This document shows positions 43,931 to 52,836 of a stretch of DNA of 64,000 nt, one piece after another; the stretch's first letter is position 1; the number at the start of each line of letters is the position of its first letter. The stretch is from an uncultured archaeon. GTDB taxonomy: Archaea; Nanobdellota; Nanobdellia; Pacearchaeales; GW2011-AR1. The notes below the pieces were generated by a model. That model searched no databases and had not been told where the DNA came from. It was given only the letters and a program-made list of their open reading frames with translations. The stretch lies in the NCBI GenBank assembly GCA_963845205.1, contig CAWJRC010000002.1, forward strand, positions 152,825-216,824, written 5' to 3'. Position numbers and translations under genes: made by a program.

Positions 43931-45637
43931 TTATCCATACTTCCAATTTCTTTTTTGATTTTCAAATTCTTTTTCTATCTCTTTGATAGTAGTTATATCT
44001 GACGGAGAACGATCAGGACGTAAAGCAGTAAATCTTGGAAATCTTAATGCAAATCCAGAAGAATATGTCGGTGATTTTTGAATTTCCTGATAGGTTATAG
44101 AAATTACTATCTTAGGTTTTATCTTCACATTTTTTCCCTTTTCTTCGGTTATTAACGGCTTTATCTTTTCTGTTAATTCTTCAAAAGAAACTCCTTCTTC
44201 CTTTTTTTCTTTGAATCCTGTTCCAACTTTTCCTATTTCTAGGAATTTATCTTTATCGCGGCATGAAATTATGAAACTTGAAATCCAGCCATGACGTTTC
44301 CCTGTTCCATATTCGCCTCCGGTTATAACTAAATCAAAATCTCTTTCTTCTGGCTTGATCTTTAGCATATGCCCCACCCTACTTCCGGGATTATATTTAG
44401 CGTCCAGATTTTTCATCATTACTCCTTCCTGATTATCCCTTAATGCCTGTCGATAAAACTCTTCAGCCTTTTTTTCATTATCAGTTATTATTTGTTTTGA
44501 GTGGATTATTTTATACGGATGACTTTCAACAATTTTTCTTATAAGTTCTGTTCTTTTTCTGAAAGGTTCATCGAGCATAGATTTTCCATTATAATATAAT
44601 ATGTCAAAAACATTTACTTCTACTGGAAGTTCGTCCTGAAGTTTTCCAATATCATATTTTCTTTTTATTCTTTGGCTTATGCTTTGAAATTGTTTGTACT
44701 CTTTTGTTTTTTTATCAAACCCTACTGCTTCTGAATCGAGAATAGCTGAATTTGCATTTACATATTTTTTAACATAATCAACTACTTCTGGAAATTGTTT
44801 TGTAACATTTTCCAACCTTCTTGTAAACAGCACAACATTATTTCCTTTTTTGTGAATTACTAATCTAAATCCATCATATTTGTATTCTATTGCGCACGGC
44901 TTTCCAACTTTTTCAAAACCTTCCTTTACATTTTTTGCTTTTTGTGCTAGCATTACTTTTATGGGTTTTCCAATTTCAAGTTTTACTTTTCCTAAATCTT
45001 TTATTTTTCCTTTTTTCACAATTTCAAAAACTGCGGCAATATCATTTGTTTTATCTATCGCATCTTGGATCTCTTTTGTATAACCTTGGTCTTTGAAAAA
45101 AGCTTTGGACATCGCATCTCTTATTGTGCTTTCCTGTATTCCAATCCTTAAGTCTCCGATTAATGTTCTAGCAAGATAAAGAGACTCTACAGGAGTTGCA
45201 GAAGTAAGCAGTTCTGTTATCAAGGCCATCTTCTTGTCTATTGTTCCTTTGCCTTCTAAGGCTGGAAGTTTTCTCAAATTTTCCAAAACCTTTTCTGTTG
45301 TTAGAACATGGCTTTGCAATGTGGACTGTTTTTTATTTTTTGTTAATTTCTCCGCTACTTTCCCCAAATCACCTAAGGATTTCCATTCATGAACAACTTT
45401 TTCTTTTTCTGTTCCTGTAGCCTTTGAGATAGCTTTTATCACAAGCTGGCTGCTTATACCTATCTTTCTTTCATCATATTCAGCATAAATATTACCCAAA
45501 AGGAGATAGAGAACTTCTGTATCTGATTCAGAAAGTTCTTTCAAAAATTTTGATAATATATCAGTCTTTTCAAGTCTTTTTGTTGTTTCAGAAAGAGACT
45601 CATATAATTCTGCAAGTTTTAGATATCTCATAATCAC
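43931..45637 (-). CDS. lig: ATP-dependent DNA ligase
   Basis: Adenylation motif CAIEYKYDGFRL, plus EGVMMK and LKIK motifs and an OB domain. The track start is GTG 45637; ATG 45631 is an alternative. Confidence 0.93.
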   Translation of the reverse strand: MIMRYLKLAELYESLSETTKRLEKTDILSKFLKELSESDTEVLYLLLGNIYAEYDERKIGISSQLVIKAISKATGTEKEKVVHEWKSLGDLGKVAEKLTKNKKQSTLQSHVLTTEKVLENLRKLPALEGKGTIDKKMALITELLTSATPVESLYLARTLIGDLRIGIQESTIRDAMSKAFFKDQGYTKEIQDAIDKTNDIAAVFEIVKKGKIKDLGKVKLEIGKPIKVMLAQKAKNVKEGFEKVGKPCAIEYKYDGFRLVIHKKGNNVVLFTRRLENVTKQFPEVVDYVKKYVNANSAILDSEAVGFDKKTKEYKQFQSISQRIKRKYDIGKLQDELPVEVNVFDILYYNGKSMLDEPFRKRTELIRKIVESHPYKIIHSKQIITDNEKKAEEFYRQALRDNQEGVMMKNLDAKYNPGSRVGHMLKIKPEERDFDLVITGGEYGTGKRHGWISSFIISCRDKDKFLEIGKVGTGFKEKKEEGVSFEELTEKIKPLITEEKGKNVKIKPKIVISITYQEIQKSPTYSSGFALRFPRFTALRPDRSPSDITTIKEIEKEFENQKRNWKYG

Positions 45638-45674
45638 CTTAAAGATAATTAGAAATCCAAGTATTTAACTTTAA

Positions 45675-45956
45675 TTACTGGATTAATTCTTTTACTTCTT
45701 TTTTTGCATTTTCTATTTCTTTAGCTTGTTCTTTATCCAACTGTAAAAGCAAGGTTTCAAATTCACCCATATGTGTTTTTTCTTCTTTCGCGATGTCCAT
45801 TAGAACTTTTTTTATATTCTTATTTTTAGCCTTTGAAGCAAGCTGTTCATAAAGACTAACTGCATCAAGTTCCGCAATCATACCCAATCTTATAATCTCT
45901 TTGTCAATTTCTCCTTCAGGAACTTTATCAAGATTTATTGGAGATTCTGATAACAT
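45675..45956 (-). CDS. Small ferritin-like protein (EncFtn/rubrerythrin-like four-helix type)
   Basis: AELDAVSLYEQL ... IAKEEKTHMGEF matches the E...E..H metal-ligand pattern of encapsulated-ferritin-like proteins. 93 aa. Confidence 0.55.
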   Translation of the reverse strand: MLSESPINLDKVPEGEIDKEIIRLGMIAELDAVSLYEQLASKAKNKNIKKVLMDIAKEEKTHMGEFETLLLQLDKEQAKEIENAKKEVKELIQ

Positions 45957-45996
45957 ATTCTATATAATTAATTAAGATTTAAATAACTTTTGCAGA

Positions 45997-46509
45997 TTAT
46001 CTTCCGAATCTTGCTTTTGTTGCAGCAGAAGTCAAACCTCTAGCTGCTCTTTTTTTGTTATTAGATCTACAAATCCAGTTTATTGTTTTATCGTTTTTTA
46101 TTTCTGGTGCACTTGGATTTACTAGAATAACTTCATAGAAATAATTCATTCCATCTTTTCCGATTTGATAAGAGTTTAATACTTCAAGATTTTCGTATTT
46201 TTTTGCAGTTCTTTGTTCTGCAATCCATTTATAATTCATTTGAAGATTTTTTCTTGTATGCATTCTTTTACCTCTTCTTCCTTTGTTTGGACGAGGTCTT
46301 TTATGCCCTCCTCTTTTTATTCTCACTCTTACCACGACGAATCCTTTTTTGTCTTTATAACCAAGAGTTCTTGCTCTGTCCAATCTTAAGGGCTTATCCA
46401 CTTTGGTAAAAACAGAACTATGACGCCATTCGGTCATTCTTTCTCTTAATGTTTTTTCATCGGGCTTCTTCCAAGCCTGCTTCATATAATGATAAAATCC
46501 ATTAGCCAT
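45997..46509 (-). CDS. rpl15e: Ribosomal protein eL15 (L15e)
   Basis: YHYMKQAWKKP... LGYKDKKGFVVVRVRIKRGG..RPRPNKGRR. Confidence 0.9.
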   Translation of the reverse strand: MANGFYHYMKQAWKKPDEKTLRERMTEWRHSSVFTKVDKPLRLDRARTLGYKDKKGFVVVRVRIKRGGHKRPRPNKGRRGKRMHTRKNLQMNYKWIAEQRTAKKYENLEVLNSYQIGKDGMNYFYEVILVNPSAPEIKNDKTINWICRSNNKKRAARGLTSAATKARFGR

Positions 46510-46549
46510 AAATTATTGAGATAAAAATGGTTTTTAAAGGTTATGAAAA

Positions 46550-46623
46550 TGAGACTGCAAGGATTTGAACCTTGGACCCCTGCCTTATCAGAGCAGTGCT
46601 CTACCAAGCTGAGCTACAGCCTC
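46550..46623 (-). tRNA. tRNA-Ile (anticodon GAT)
   Basis: Acceptor GAGGCTG/CAGTCTC, D arm GCTC-AGCTTGGTA-GAGC, anticodon arm CTGCT-CTGATAA-GGCAG, T loop TTCAAAT. 74 nt. Confidence 0.88.
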
Positions 46624-46671
46624 ATACATAGAAAGTAGTGAGAAAGTTATTTAAAAGTTTTTGCAATTCAT

Positions 46672-47334
46672 TTATTTGCCAAATCTTCTTTCTCTGCTTC
46701 TGAACTCTTCTATCGCAGATTTTAAATCCTGTTTCGTGAATTCCGGCCACATTTTGTCAAGAAAAATCCATTCGCTGTAGACTGATTGCCAAGGCAGAAA
46801 ATTGCTTGTTCTTTTTTCTCCGCCTGTTCTTATTATAAAGTCGGGATCATCAGAAAGCCACAAACATCCTTGAAAATTTTTCTCATTTATTTCTTTACCT
46901 TCTTTTATCAATTTCTTAATTGCTGAAATTATCTCACTTCTGCCACTGTAAGCCAAAGCAAAATTTACTATATAATCATTATAATTTTTTGTTTTATTCT
47001 CTATTCTATCCATCATTTTCTGAATATTTTTATTTAGAAGTTTTCTTTCTCCGATAAATCTAATCTTTATTTTATTCTTATCAATTCTCTTGTCATTTTC
47101 AAATTTTTTGAAAAATCTTCCGAAAAGCTTCATGAGAAAATTCACTTCTTCTTTTGAGCGATTAAAATTTTCTATTGAAAAACAATATAATGTAATCTCT
47201 TTTATATTCAGTTCTTTAGCCCAGTCCAGAAGTTCTTCTATCTTTTTAGCTCCTAGCTCATGCCCGTCCCAGGGCTTTTTATCAATGCTTTTTGCAAATC
47301 TTCTGTTTCCATCTAGGATAATTCCGATATGCAT
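46672..47334 (-). CDS. uppS: cis-Prenyltransferase (undecaprenyl/di-trans,poly-cis-polyprenyl diphosphate synthase)
   Basis: HIGIILDGNRRFAK, TLYCFSIENFNR and RTGGEKRTSNFLPWQ motifs. Confidence 0.9.
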   Translation of the reverse strand: MHIGIILDGNRRFAKSIDKKPWDGHELGAKKIEELLDWAKELNIKEITLYCFSIENFNRSKEEVNFLMKLFGRFFKKFENDKRIDKNKIKIRFIGERKLLNKNIQKMMDRIENKTKNYNDYIVNFALAYSGRSEIISAIKKLIKEGKEINEKNFQGCLWLSDDPDFIIRTGGEKRTSNFLPWQSVYSEWIFLDKMWPEFTKQDLKSAIEEFRSRERRFGK

Positions 47335-47335
47335 T

Positions 47336-48007
47336 TTAATTTTTAATATCTAATTCAAGAATTAATTTTCCATTGGAAAGATTATATTTTTTTATTGGAA
47401 GATTGATGGGGATTATCTTTGCATACGCTTTGTTTTTTGAAATGGCCTTTATCTCTATGCTATTCTCCAATTTAATTATAGAAATATCCTCAGTTGATTT
47501 AACTCCCGGCATTTCAATTTCATAAACTACTTTATTTGAAAGTCTTCTTATGTTTGTTTTTGGTTCTTCTCTTTTGAGACTTGAAAAATTCTTTATTTGG
47601 CTATCTGTAAAAAAATTCTGTTTAATTGGCTCTATTTTTTCTTTAGGAATTTTCTGATTGTTTCCCATTTGGGTTACTTTTATTTTAGGCGGACCATCTC
47701 CAAATGTAGATATACTTATACTTATTCCATCTTTTTTCATATCATTTTGTTTCCTAATCTCATTGAAATTATTGTTCATCATTTCTTTATCCAGTTCTTT
47801 ACTAAGATTTTTTATCAAAGAATTGAATAATGTATTGAATCCTAAGGGAAGTTTTACGTTATTTAGAGGCATAAAATCATTTTTACCCAACATACCCCAA
47901 TCTTCATTTTGCCCTTCTTCTAAAATTCTATTTCCGCAATAAGGGCAGAAATCATATTTTTCTTCTATCTTTTTACCACATTTTCCACATTTTTTCTTCT
48001 TAAACAT
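47336..48007 (-). CDS. Zn-ribbon plus Hsp20/alpha-crystallin-like domain protein
   Basis: CGKCG..CPYCG at the N-terminus. The C-terminal VYEIEMPGVKSTEDISIIKLENSIEIKA...NGKLILEL resembles an ACD. Start moved to ATG 48007 because the track ORF runs into tRNA-Gly. Confidence 0.5.
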   Translation of the reverse strand: MFKKKKCGKCGKKIEEKYDFCPYCGNRILEEGQNEDWGMLGKNDFMPLNNVKLPLGFNTLFNSLIKNLSKELDKEMMNNNFNEIRKQNDMKKDGISISISTFGDGPPKIKVTQMGNNQKIPKEKIEPIKQNFFTDSQIKNFSSLKREEPKTNIRRLSNKVVYEIEMPGVKSTEDISIIKLENSIEIKAISKNKAYAKIIPINLPIKKYNLSNGKLILELDIKN

Positions 48008-48062
48008 ATAAAAAATTGTCGAATTTAATTTAAATAACTTTGGTAGGATAAATCTACAAATA

Positions 48063-48133
48063 TGCGCCATTCGGGAATTGAACCCGACTCTAAACCTTGG
48101 GAAGGTTTCATTCTACCGATGAACTAATGACGC
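48063..48133 (-). tRNA. tRNA-Gly (anticodon CCC)
   Basis: Acceptor GCGTCAT/ATGGCGC, anticodon arm AAACC-TTCCCAA-GGTTT, T arm TCGGG-TTCAATT-CCCGA. 71 nt. Confidence 0.85.
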
Positions 48134-48189
48134 ATGATTATTTTTGATAAAACAGCAAATAATTTAAAGGTTATCATAATGAAAATTTT

Positions 48190-48528
48190 ATGAATAGACA
48201 AGTTAGATATAATAACCTCCGTTCAAAGCAGAATCTAGAATGCGATGAATGGTTCTTTTTAATTATTAATCAGAACAGGGAAATTTCAGAGATAAAACAA
48301 AAAATTTATGGCCTATTTTCCCCTATTTTGGAGGAATATTCTACAATTGAAGGGAATGTTCCTGAAACGGGATTAAGATACATCCTTATTGATTTTGAAT
48401 CTGCTAAGAAAGTTGAAGACTATCAAATTAGAGATTTATATCATAAAACTGTAAGGGATGTTGATCTTTATTCAAGAAAAAGAATTGATATTTCAGAATA
48501 TTTATCCCCCTTTGTTGACAAAGATTAA
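48190..48528 (+). CDS. Hypothetical protein
   Basis: ORF track only. Confidence 0.35.
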   Translation: MNRQVRYNNLRSKQNLECDEWFFLIINQNREISEIKQKIYGLFSPILEEYSTIEGNVPETGLRYILIDFESAKKVEDYQIRDLYHKTVRDVDLYSRKRIDISEYLSPFVDKD

Positions 48529-48558
48529 ATTTTTATATTCTTTTTCTGTGGGATTACT

Positions 48559-49983
48559 ATGAAGAAAAAATTTTATGTTACAACCCCGATTTATTATCCT
48601 AATGATATACCTCATATTGGTCATGCTTACACTACAATCGCTGCAGATATAATTTCTAGATGGCATAAAATTTTAGGGTATGATGTATGGTTTTTAACAG
48701 GAACAGATGAGCATGGTAAAAAAATTCAGAATGTTGCTGAAAAAGCAAATAAAACTCCTAAAGAATTTGTTGATGCTTTAGTTCCTAAATTCAAGGAAGC
48801 CTGGAAAAAACTGGATATTCAATATAACCGGTTTATTAGGACTACAGACAAAGATCATGAAAAAAAAGTTCAGGAAATCCTGCAGAAAGTTTATGACAAG
48901 GGGGATATCTATTTAGGAAAATATGAGGGATATTATTGCACAGGATGCGAAGCGTATTACACAGAAAAAGATTTGGAAGATGGCTGCTGCCCGATTCACA
49001 AAACTAAAATTGAAAAGCTGAAAGAACCCAGTTATTTTTTTAAGCTTAGTAAATATCAGAAAAAACTTTTAGATTTTTACAAGAAAAATCCAGAATTTAT
49101 CTCCCCTAAATTTAGACAAAAGGAGATCATAAATCGTGTCGAAGAAGGATTGAGTGATTTGAGCATTTCACGAACAAGCTTTACTTGGGGAATTCAATTG
49201 CCTTTTGACAAAAAACATATTTGCTATGTATGGTTTGATGCTTTGATAAATTATATTTCAGGGGCAAATGGTTTCTGGCCTGCTGATGTTCATTTAGTCG
49301 GAAAAGATATTATCTGGTTTCATACAGTATATTGGCCGGCAATGTTAATGTCTGCAGGGATTGAACTTCCTAAAAAAGTTTTTGCACATGGCTGGTGGAC
49401 ATTAGACAAGGAGAAAATTTCAAAATCACGAGGAAAAGTTATTAATGTTGACGAATTAATTTCAATTGCAGGGGTAGAAGCGGTAAGATATTTCTTATTT
49501 AGAGAAACTCCTTTTGGGGAAGATGGGGATTTTTCTGAAAAAGCGTTGATTGACCGATATAACAATGAACTAGCAGACAAACTTGGAAATTTAATTTCCA
49601 GAGTTGCAGCTTTGGCAGAAAAATATGGAATTGAGAAATCAGATAATAAATTATTAAAAAAACTTAAATTAAAAGAAATTGAAAAGCATTTTGAAAAATA
49701 TGAAATTGACAAGGTGTTAAATGAAATTTTTGCTTTCATTGATAAGTGCAATGAATATATTCAGGGTAAAAAGCCATGGGAAACTCATGATACAAAGGTC
49801 TTGTATGAACTTGCCGATTCGATAAAAGCAATTGGAATTTTGCTTTTCCCTTTCATTCCTTCTACAGGAGAAAAAATTGCCAAACAATTTGGATTTGAAA
49901 TTGATTATGAGGAAATTAAAAAACCTTTGAAAAACAATAAAATTAAAAAATCTGAGATCTTATTCAAGAAGATAGAAAATTAA
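48559..49983 (+). CDS. metG: Methionyl-tRNA synthetase, core (alpha) subunit
   Basis: HIGH variant PHIGHAYT, KISKSRG, and the Zn knuckle CTGCEAYY..CCPIH. It ends without the C-terminal tRNA-binding domain. Confidence 0.92.
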   Translation: MKKKFYVTTPIYYPNDIPHIGHAYTTIAADIISRWHKILGYDVWFLTGTDEHGKKIQNVAEKANKTPKEFVDALVPKFKEAWKKLDIQYNRFIRTTDKDHEKKVQEILQKVYDKGDIYLGKYEGYYCTGCEAYYTEKDLEDGCCPIHKTKIEKLKEPSYFFKLSKYQKKLLDFYKKNPEFISPKFRQKEIINRVEEGLSDLSISRTSFTWGIQLPFDKKHICYVWFDALINYISGANGFWPADVHLVGKDIIWFHTVYWPAMLMSAGIELPKKVFAHGWWTLDKEKISKSRGKVINVDELISIAGVEAVRYFLFRETPFGEDGDFSEKALIDRYNNELADKLGNLISRVAALAEKYGIEKSDNKLLKKLKLKEIEKHFEKYEIDKVLNEIFAFIDKCNEYIQGKKPWETHDTKVLYELADSIKAIGILLFPFIPSTGEKIAKQFGFEIDYEEIKKPLKNNKIKKSEILFKKIEN

Positions 49984-49984
49984 A

Positions 49985-50248
49985 ATGCCATACATAAAAC
50001 AAGAAGACAGAAAGAAATGGGAAAAAACAATAGAGGATATTGTTGATTTAATCAAAATCATTCCTGAAAATAAACGTGAAGGTGAATTGAATTATTTTAT
50101 AAGCACTATCCTTAAAGGATCGTATGAAGCGAATTATTCCAATTATAACAAAGTTATGGGACTTTTGGAATGTGTTAAACAAGAAATGTATAGAAAAGTA
50201 ATCGGTCCTTATGAAGATAAGAAAAGAAAAGAGAATGGAGATATTTAA
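49985..50248 (+). CDS. Conserved-looking 87-aa protein interposed in the split metG
   Basis: ATG 1 nt after the metG stop; its stop overlaps the next ATG (TAATG). GELNYFIS and GPYEDKKRKENGDI motifs. Family name not recalled with confidence. Confidence 0.5.
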   Translation: MPYIKQEDRKKWEKTIEDIVDLIKIIPENKREGELNYFISTILKGSYEANYSNYNKVMGLLECVKQEMYRKVIGPYEDKKRKENGDI

Positions 50249-50583
50249 TGGAAGGAATAATTTCACACGAAGATTTTGAGAAACTTGATTTGCGAGTTGG
50301 AGAAATAATTGAAGTTGAAGATATTGCGGGAGCAGACAAGCTTTACAAACTTACAATTAACATTGGGGAAGAAACAAGAACTGTTTGTGCAGGAGTAAAA
50401 AAATATTACTCCAAAGATGAACTTAAGGGAAAGAAAATTATTCTTCTTGCAAACCTCGCGCCTAGGAAATTGAAAGGGGTTGAAAGTCAAGGAATGATTC
50501 TCGCTGCAGTAAATAAAGATGAAAACGAAATTGTTTTGCTATCGCCTGAAAGTGATATTGAAGTTGGAAGCAAAGTGAGATAA
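50248..50583 (+). CDS. tRNA-binding domain protein (MetRS beta subunit / Trbp111-like)
   Basis: FEKLDLRVGEIIEVEDIAGADKLYKLTINIGEETRTVCAGVKKYY...LANLAPRKLKGVESQGMILAA is the OB-fold tRNA-binding domain. Confidence 0.85.
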   Translation: MEGIISHEDFEKLDLRVGEIIEVEDIAGADKLYKLTINIGEETRTVCAGVKKYYSKDELKGKKIILLANLAPRKLKGVESQGMILAAVNKDENEIVLLSPESDIEVGSKVR

Positions 50584-50592
50584 TAAATAAAA

Positions 50593-51372
50593 TTAATCTT
50601 TACTTAATCTGAATTTTCTCATTATCTTTTTCCAGAAACCTTCCCTTTCTTTTCTTGAATCATATTCGATTTCAAGAAGTTTTGCCGCGATTTCTTTGTA
50701 TGCGAGTGAAGCATTGCTTTGCGGATGTGTATGAACAACCGCATTTTTCATGCTAAGTGCTTCCTGCACAGATTCATCTTCAGGAACCATTCCAAGAATA
50801 GGGACTTCAAGCATTTCTTTAACATTTTCAGGTTTCATTTCCCAATCATTTTTTCTTACTCTTGTAACAATAACCCCCAAAATTGGGCGCTTGTTCTGTT
50901 CTGCAACCTTAATTGCTTTTAACGCATCTGTAATTGCAGGCATTTCGGGATTTGTAACAATAATTAACTCATCAGCCATATTAATCAAAGCAATCGCTTC
51001 ATTTCCCAATCCTGCGGCACTGTCAACGATTATATAATCTGAAATCTTTTTGAAATCTTCCTTAAATTCCTTTATTTTTTCAGGTCTTAATTTATTCAAT
51101 TCCTTTATTGAAAGAGAAGAAGGCATTATTTTTATTCCTGATTCATGTTCGTAAACAGCCTCATAGGCGTCTGCTTTTCCAGCAAGAACATGATTAAGAT
51201 TTATTGGAACTTCAGGAGAATTAAGATGAACCCCCACATTTGGGGTTGTTAGATTCCCATCAATTATCAGTACATCTTTTCCAAAATAATTCATTGCTGC
51301 CCCTAAATTTATAGCTGTTGTTGTTTTTCCGACACCACCTTTGCCTGAGGTTATTACTATTATTTTTTTCAT
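50593..51372 (-). CDS. minD: MinD/ParA-family ATPase
   Basis: Deviant Walker A ITSGKGGVGKTTTAINLG, with DSAAG and TRVR motifs. Confidence 0.88.
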   Translation of the reverse strand: MKKIIVITSGKGGVGKTTTAINLGAAMNYFGKDVLIIDGNLTTPNVGVHLNSPEVPINLNHVLAGKADAYEAVYEHESGIKIMPSSLSIKELNKLRPEKIKEFKEDFKKISDYIIVDSAAGLGNEAIALINMADELIIVTNPEMPAITDALKAIKVAEQNKRPILGVIVTRVRKNDWEMKPENVKEMLEVPILGMVPEDESVQEALSMKNAVVHTHPQSNASLAYKEIAAKLLEIEYDSRKEREGFWKKIMRKFRLSKD

Positions 51373-51393
51373 TTTAAAGTGTAGAAAATGTTT

Positions 51394-51834
51394 CTACGAT
51401 ACAAGAAATTGCTTTACTTTGCTTATAAATTTTTCTAACAATTCAGCGTATTCTTTAAGTTTCTCGAGATTAACATCAATTTCCTTTCCCTGATAAAATA
51501 TTTTTAGTGTTACGTTTTTCCTGAACTCTCCTATCCTTTCTGTTCTTAATTCTTTTATCTTTCTGAACATTTCATACAAATCAATAACCTGCAAGAATTC
51601 TTTATCTTTTTTGAATAGATTTCTAATCTCATTTATTTGTCCAACTGGGTTTGTTGGAATCGAGGAAATTTTCTTTTTCTTTTTTGCATGTTCAAGAATT
51701 TTTTCTATGCTTGTTTCAATCATCTTTCTCCACCTTAGAATAAGATTCATAATTACATCGCACGTTTTTGTGTATTTCAAACTTACATAAAGCAGATGGT
51801 CTGCACTAATTTTTTCTTGAATTATTTCTTCCAT
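51394..51834 (-). CDS. Hypothetical helical protein upstream of minD
   Basis: ORF track. Same strand as minD, 21-nt gap. Confidence 0.4.
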   Translation of the reverse strand: MEEIIQEKISADHLLYVSLKYTKTCDVIMNLILRWRKMIETSIEKILEHAKKKKKISSIPTNPVGQINEIRNLFKKDKEFLQVIDLYEMFRKIKELRTERIGEFRKNVTLKIFYQGKEIDVNLEKLKEYAELLEKFISKVKQFLVS

Positions 51835-52048
51835 AAAACCCCTTTAGAAGTATGATTTAGAATGATGCTTAAGTTTTTATATTTATCTGCAAAGACAATA
51901 ATTTTTATATAGGTCATCCAGTTTAGTAAACTATGAAGTTATCTAAGTTCGAATATAGCACTTTAGGGATGGGGATAAGATAACTTATCTTTACAACCCC
52001 CATAATAAATTTGCTTTAGTTTACGTAAACAAACAAAGTGAATGTGGG

Positions 52049-52285
52049 TTGGAAAGGACCTCTAAAATTATTCAGAGAATGGATAATCTTATTTCTGGCG
52101 GGAAAGACAAGCCAGAATTTAATTTTGAAAAATTTGAATACAAAGGGGAAATAACTTTACCCGATAAAGAATTTGTTGATGCGGTTTTTACATGGATAGG
52201 ATATGAAAATTTGAAGGACAAAGAAAAAAGAACAAAAGAAAAATTTTCTGAGCAAGTTAAATCTTTAGCTGATTTGATTAAGTAA
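52049..52285 (+). CDS. Hypothetical small protein (start uncertain)
   Basis: ORF track, TTG start. No box at the canonical distance. Confidence 0.3.
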   Translation: MERTSKIIQRMDNLISGGKDKPEFNFEKFEYKGEITLPDKEFVDAVFTWIGYENLKDKEKRTKEKFSEQVKSLADLIK

Positions 52286-52289
52286 AACT

Positions 52290-52610
52290 TTAACTCAACT
52301 TCAAAATTGCTTCTGCCAAGTCTCCTGTTTCTTCTAAAGCAATTCTAGCTTCTTTTTCTGAACAGTTTGTTTTTTCCATTACAACTTTAACATCCTCTTC
52401 TGAAAAGCCGGATTCTTCTGAAACATCCCCTGCAATCTGAAAAGTTTCCTGTCCCTGCATTTTTATTTTGGTTACAGAAGGATTGTTTATTATTATTTTA
52501 TTTCCGTCTTCTTTTTCTATTATAACTTTTGAAGCAGGGATTTCATCTTGGGACATTCCGAGCTGCTTCATCATAGCCTGCATTTGTCTTGGGTTAATTC
52601 CTGGAACCAT
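52290..52610 (-). CDS. nac: Nascent polypeptide-associated complex protein
   Basis: NPRQMQAMMKQLGM, a NAC beta-barrel segment and a C-terminal UBA (SEKEARIALEETGDLAEAILKL). Confidence 0.88.
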   Translation of the reverse strand: MVPGINPRQMQAMMKQLGMSQDEIPASKVIIEKEDGNKIIINNPSVTKIKMQGQETFQIAGDVSEESGFSEEDVKVVMEKTNCSEKEARIALEETGDLAEAILKLS

Positions 52611-52626
52611 TTTTATTACTCAATAT

Positions 52627-52785
52627 TTATTTTATAAAAACCTGCAATCCAATTCTAAAAACTAGTATTAAAACTACAAAAACAACTACATGTGTAGGTT
52701 TTAGATTAAACTTACTTTCGTATTCTTCTTTAAATTTAACTAAACCGCCCATTCCTGAAGGGATGTTCATTCCGCTGTCTGCCAT
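52627..52785 (-). CDS. secG: Preprotein translocase subunit Sec61-beta (SecG, archaeal)
   Basis: Below the track cutoff. MADSGMNIPSGMGGLVKFKEEYESKFNLKPTHVVVFVVLILVFRIGLQVFIK has the GL..F/Y motif and a single C-terminal TM. Its ATG is placed symmetrically about the box at 52808..52815. Confidence 0.65.
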   Translation of the reverse strand: MADSGMNIPSGMGGLVKFKEEYESKFNLKPTHVVVFVVLILVFRIGLQVFIK

Positions 52786-52807
52786 AATTAATTTAGATAC
52801 AGATAAT

Positions 52808-52815
52808 TTTTAAAA
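52808..52815. promoter_or_regulatory. Palindromic TATA-like box (TTTTAAAA) shared by secG and valS
   Basis: 30 nt to minus ATG 52785 and 29 nt to plus ATG 52837. Confidence 0.5.
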
Positions 52816-52836
52816 GTTTCTAAGGTATATGTTTTG

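Noticed and set aside
48008-48070. Upstream extension of the Zn-ribbon/Hsp20-like ORF.
   Set aside because: It runs into the tRNA-Gly gene (48063..48133). MFKKKKCGKCG at 48007 is the sensible start.
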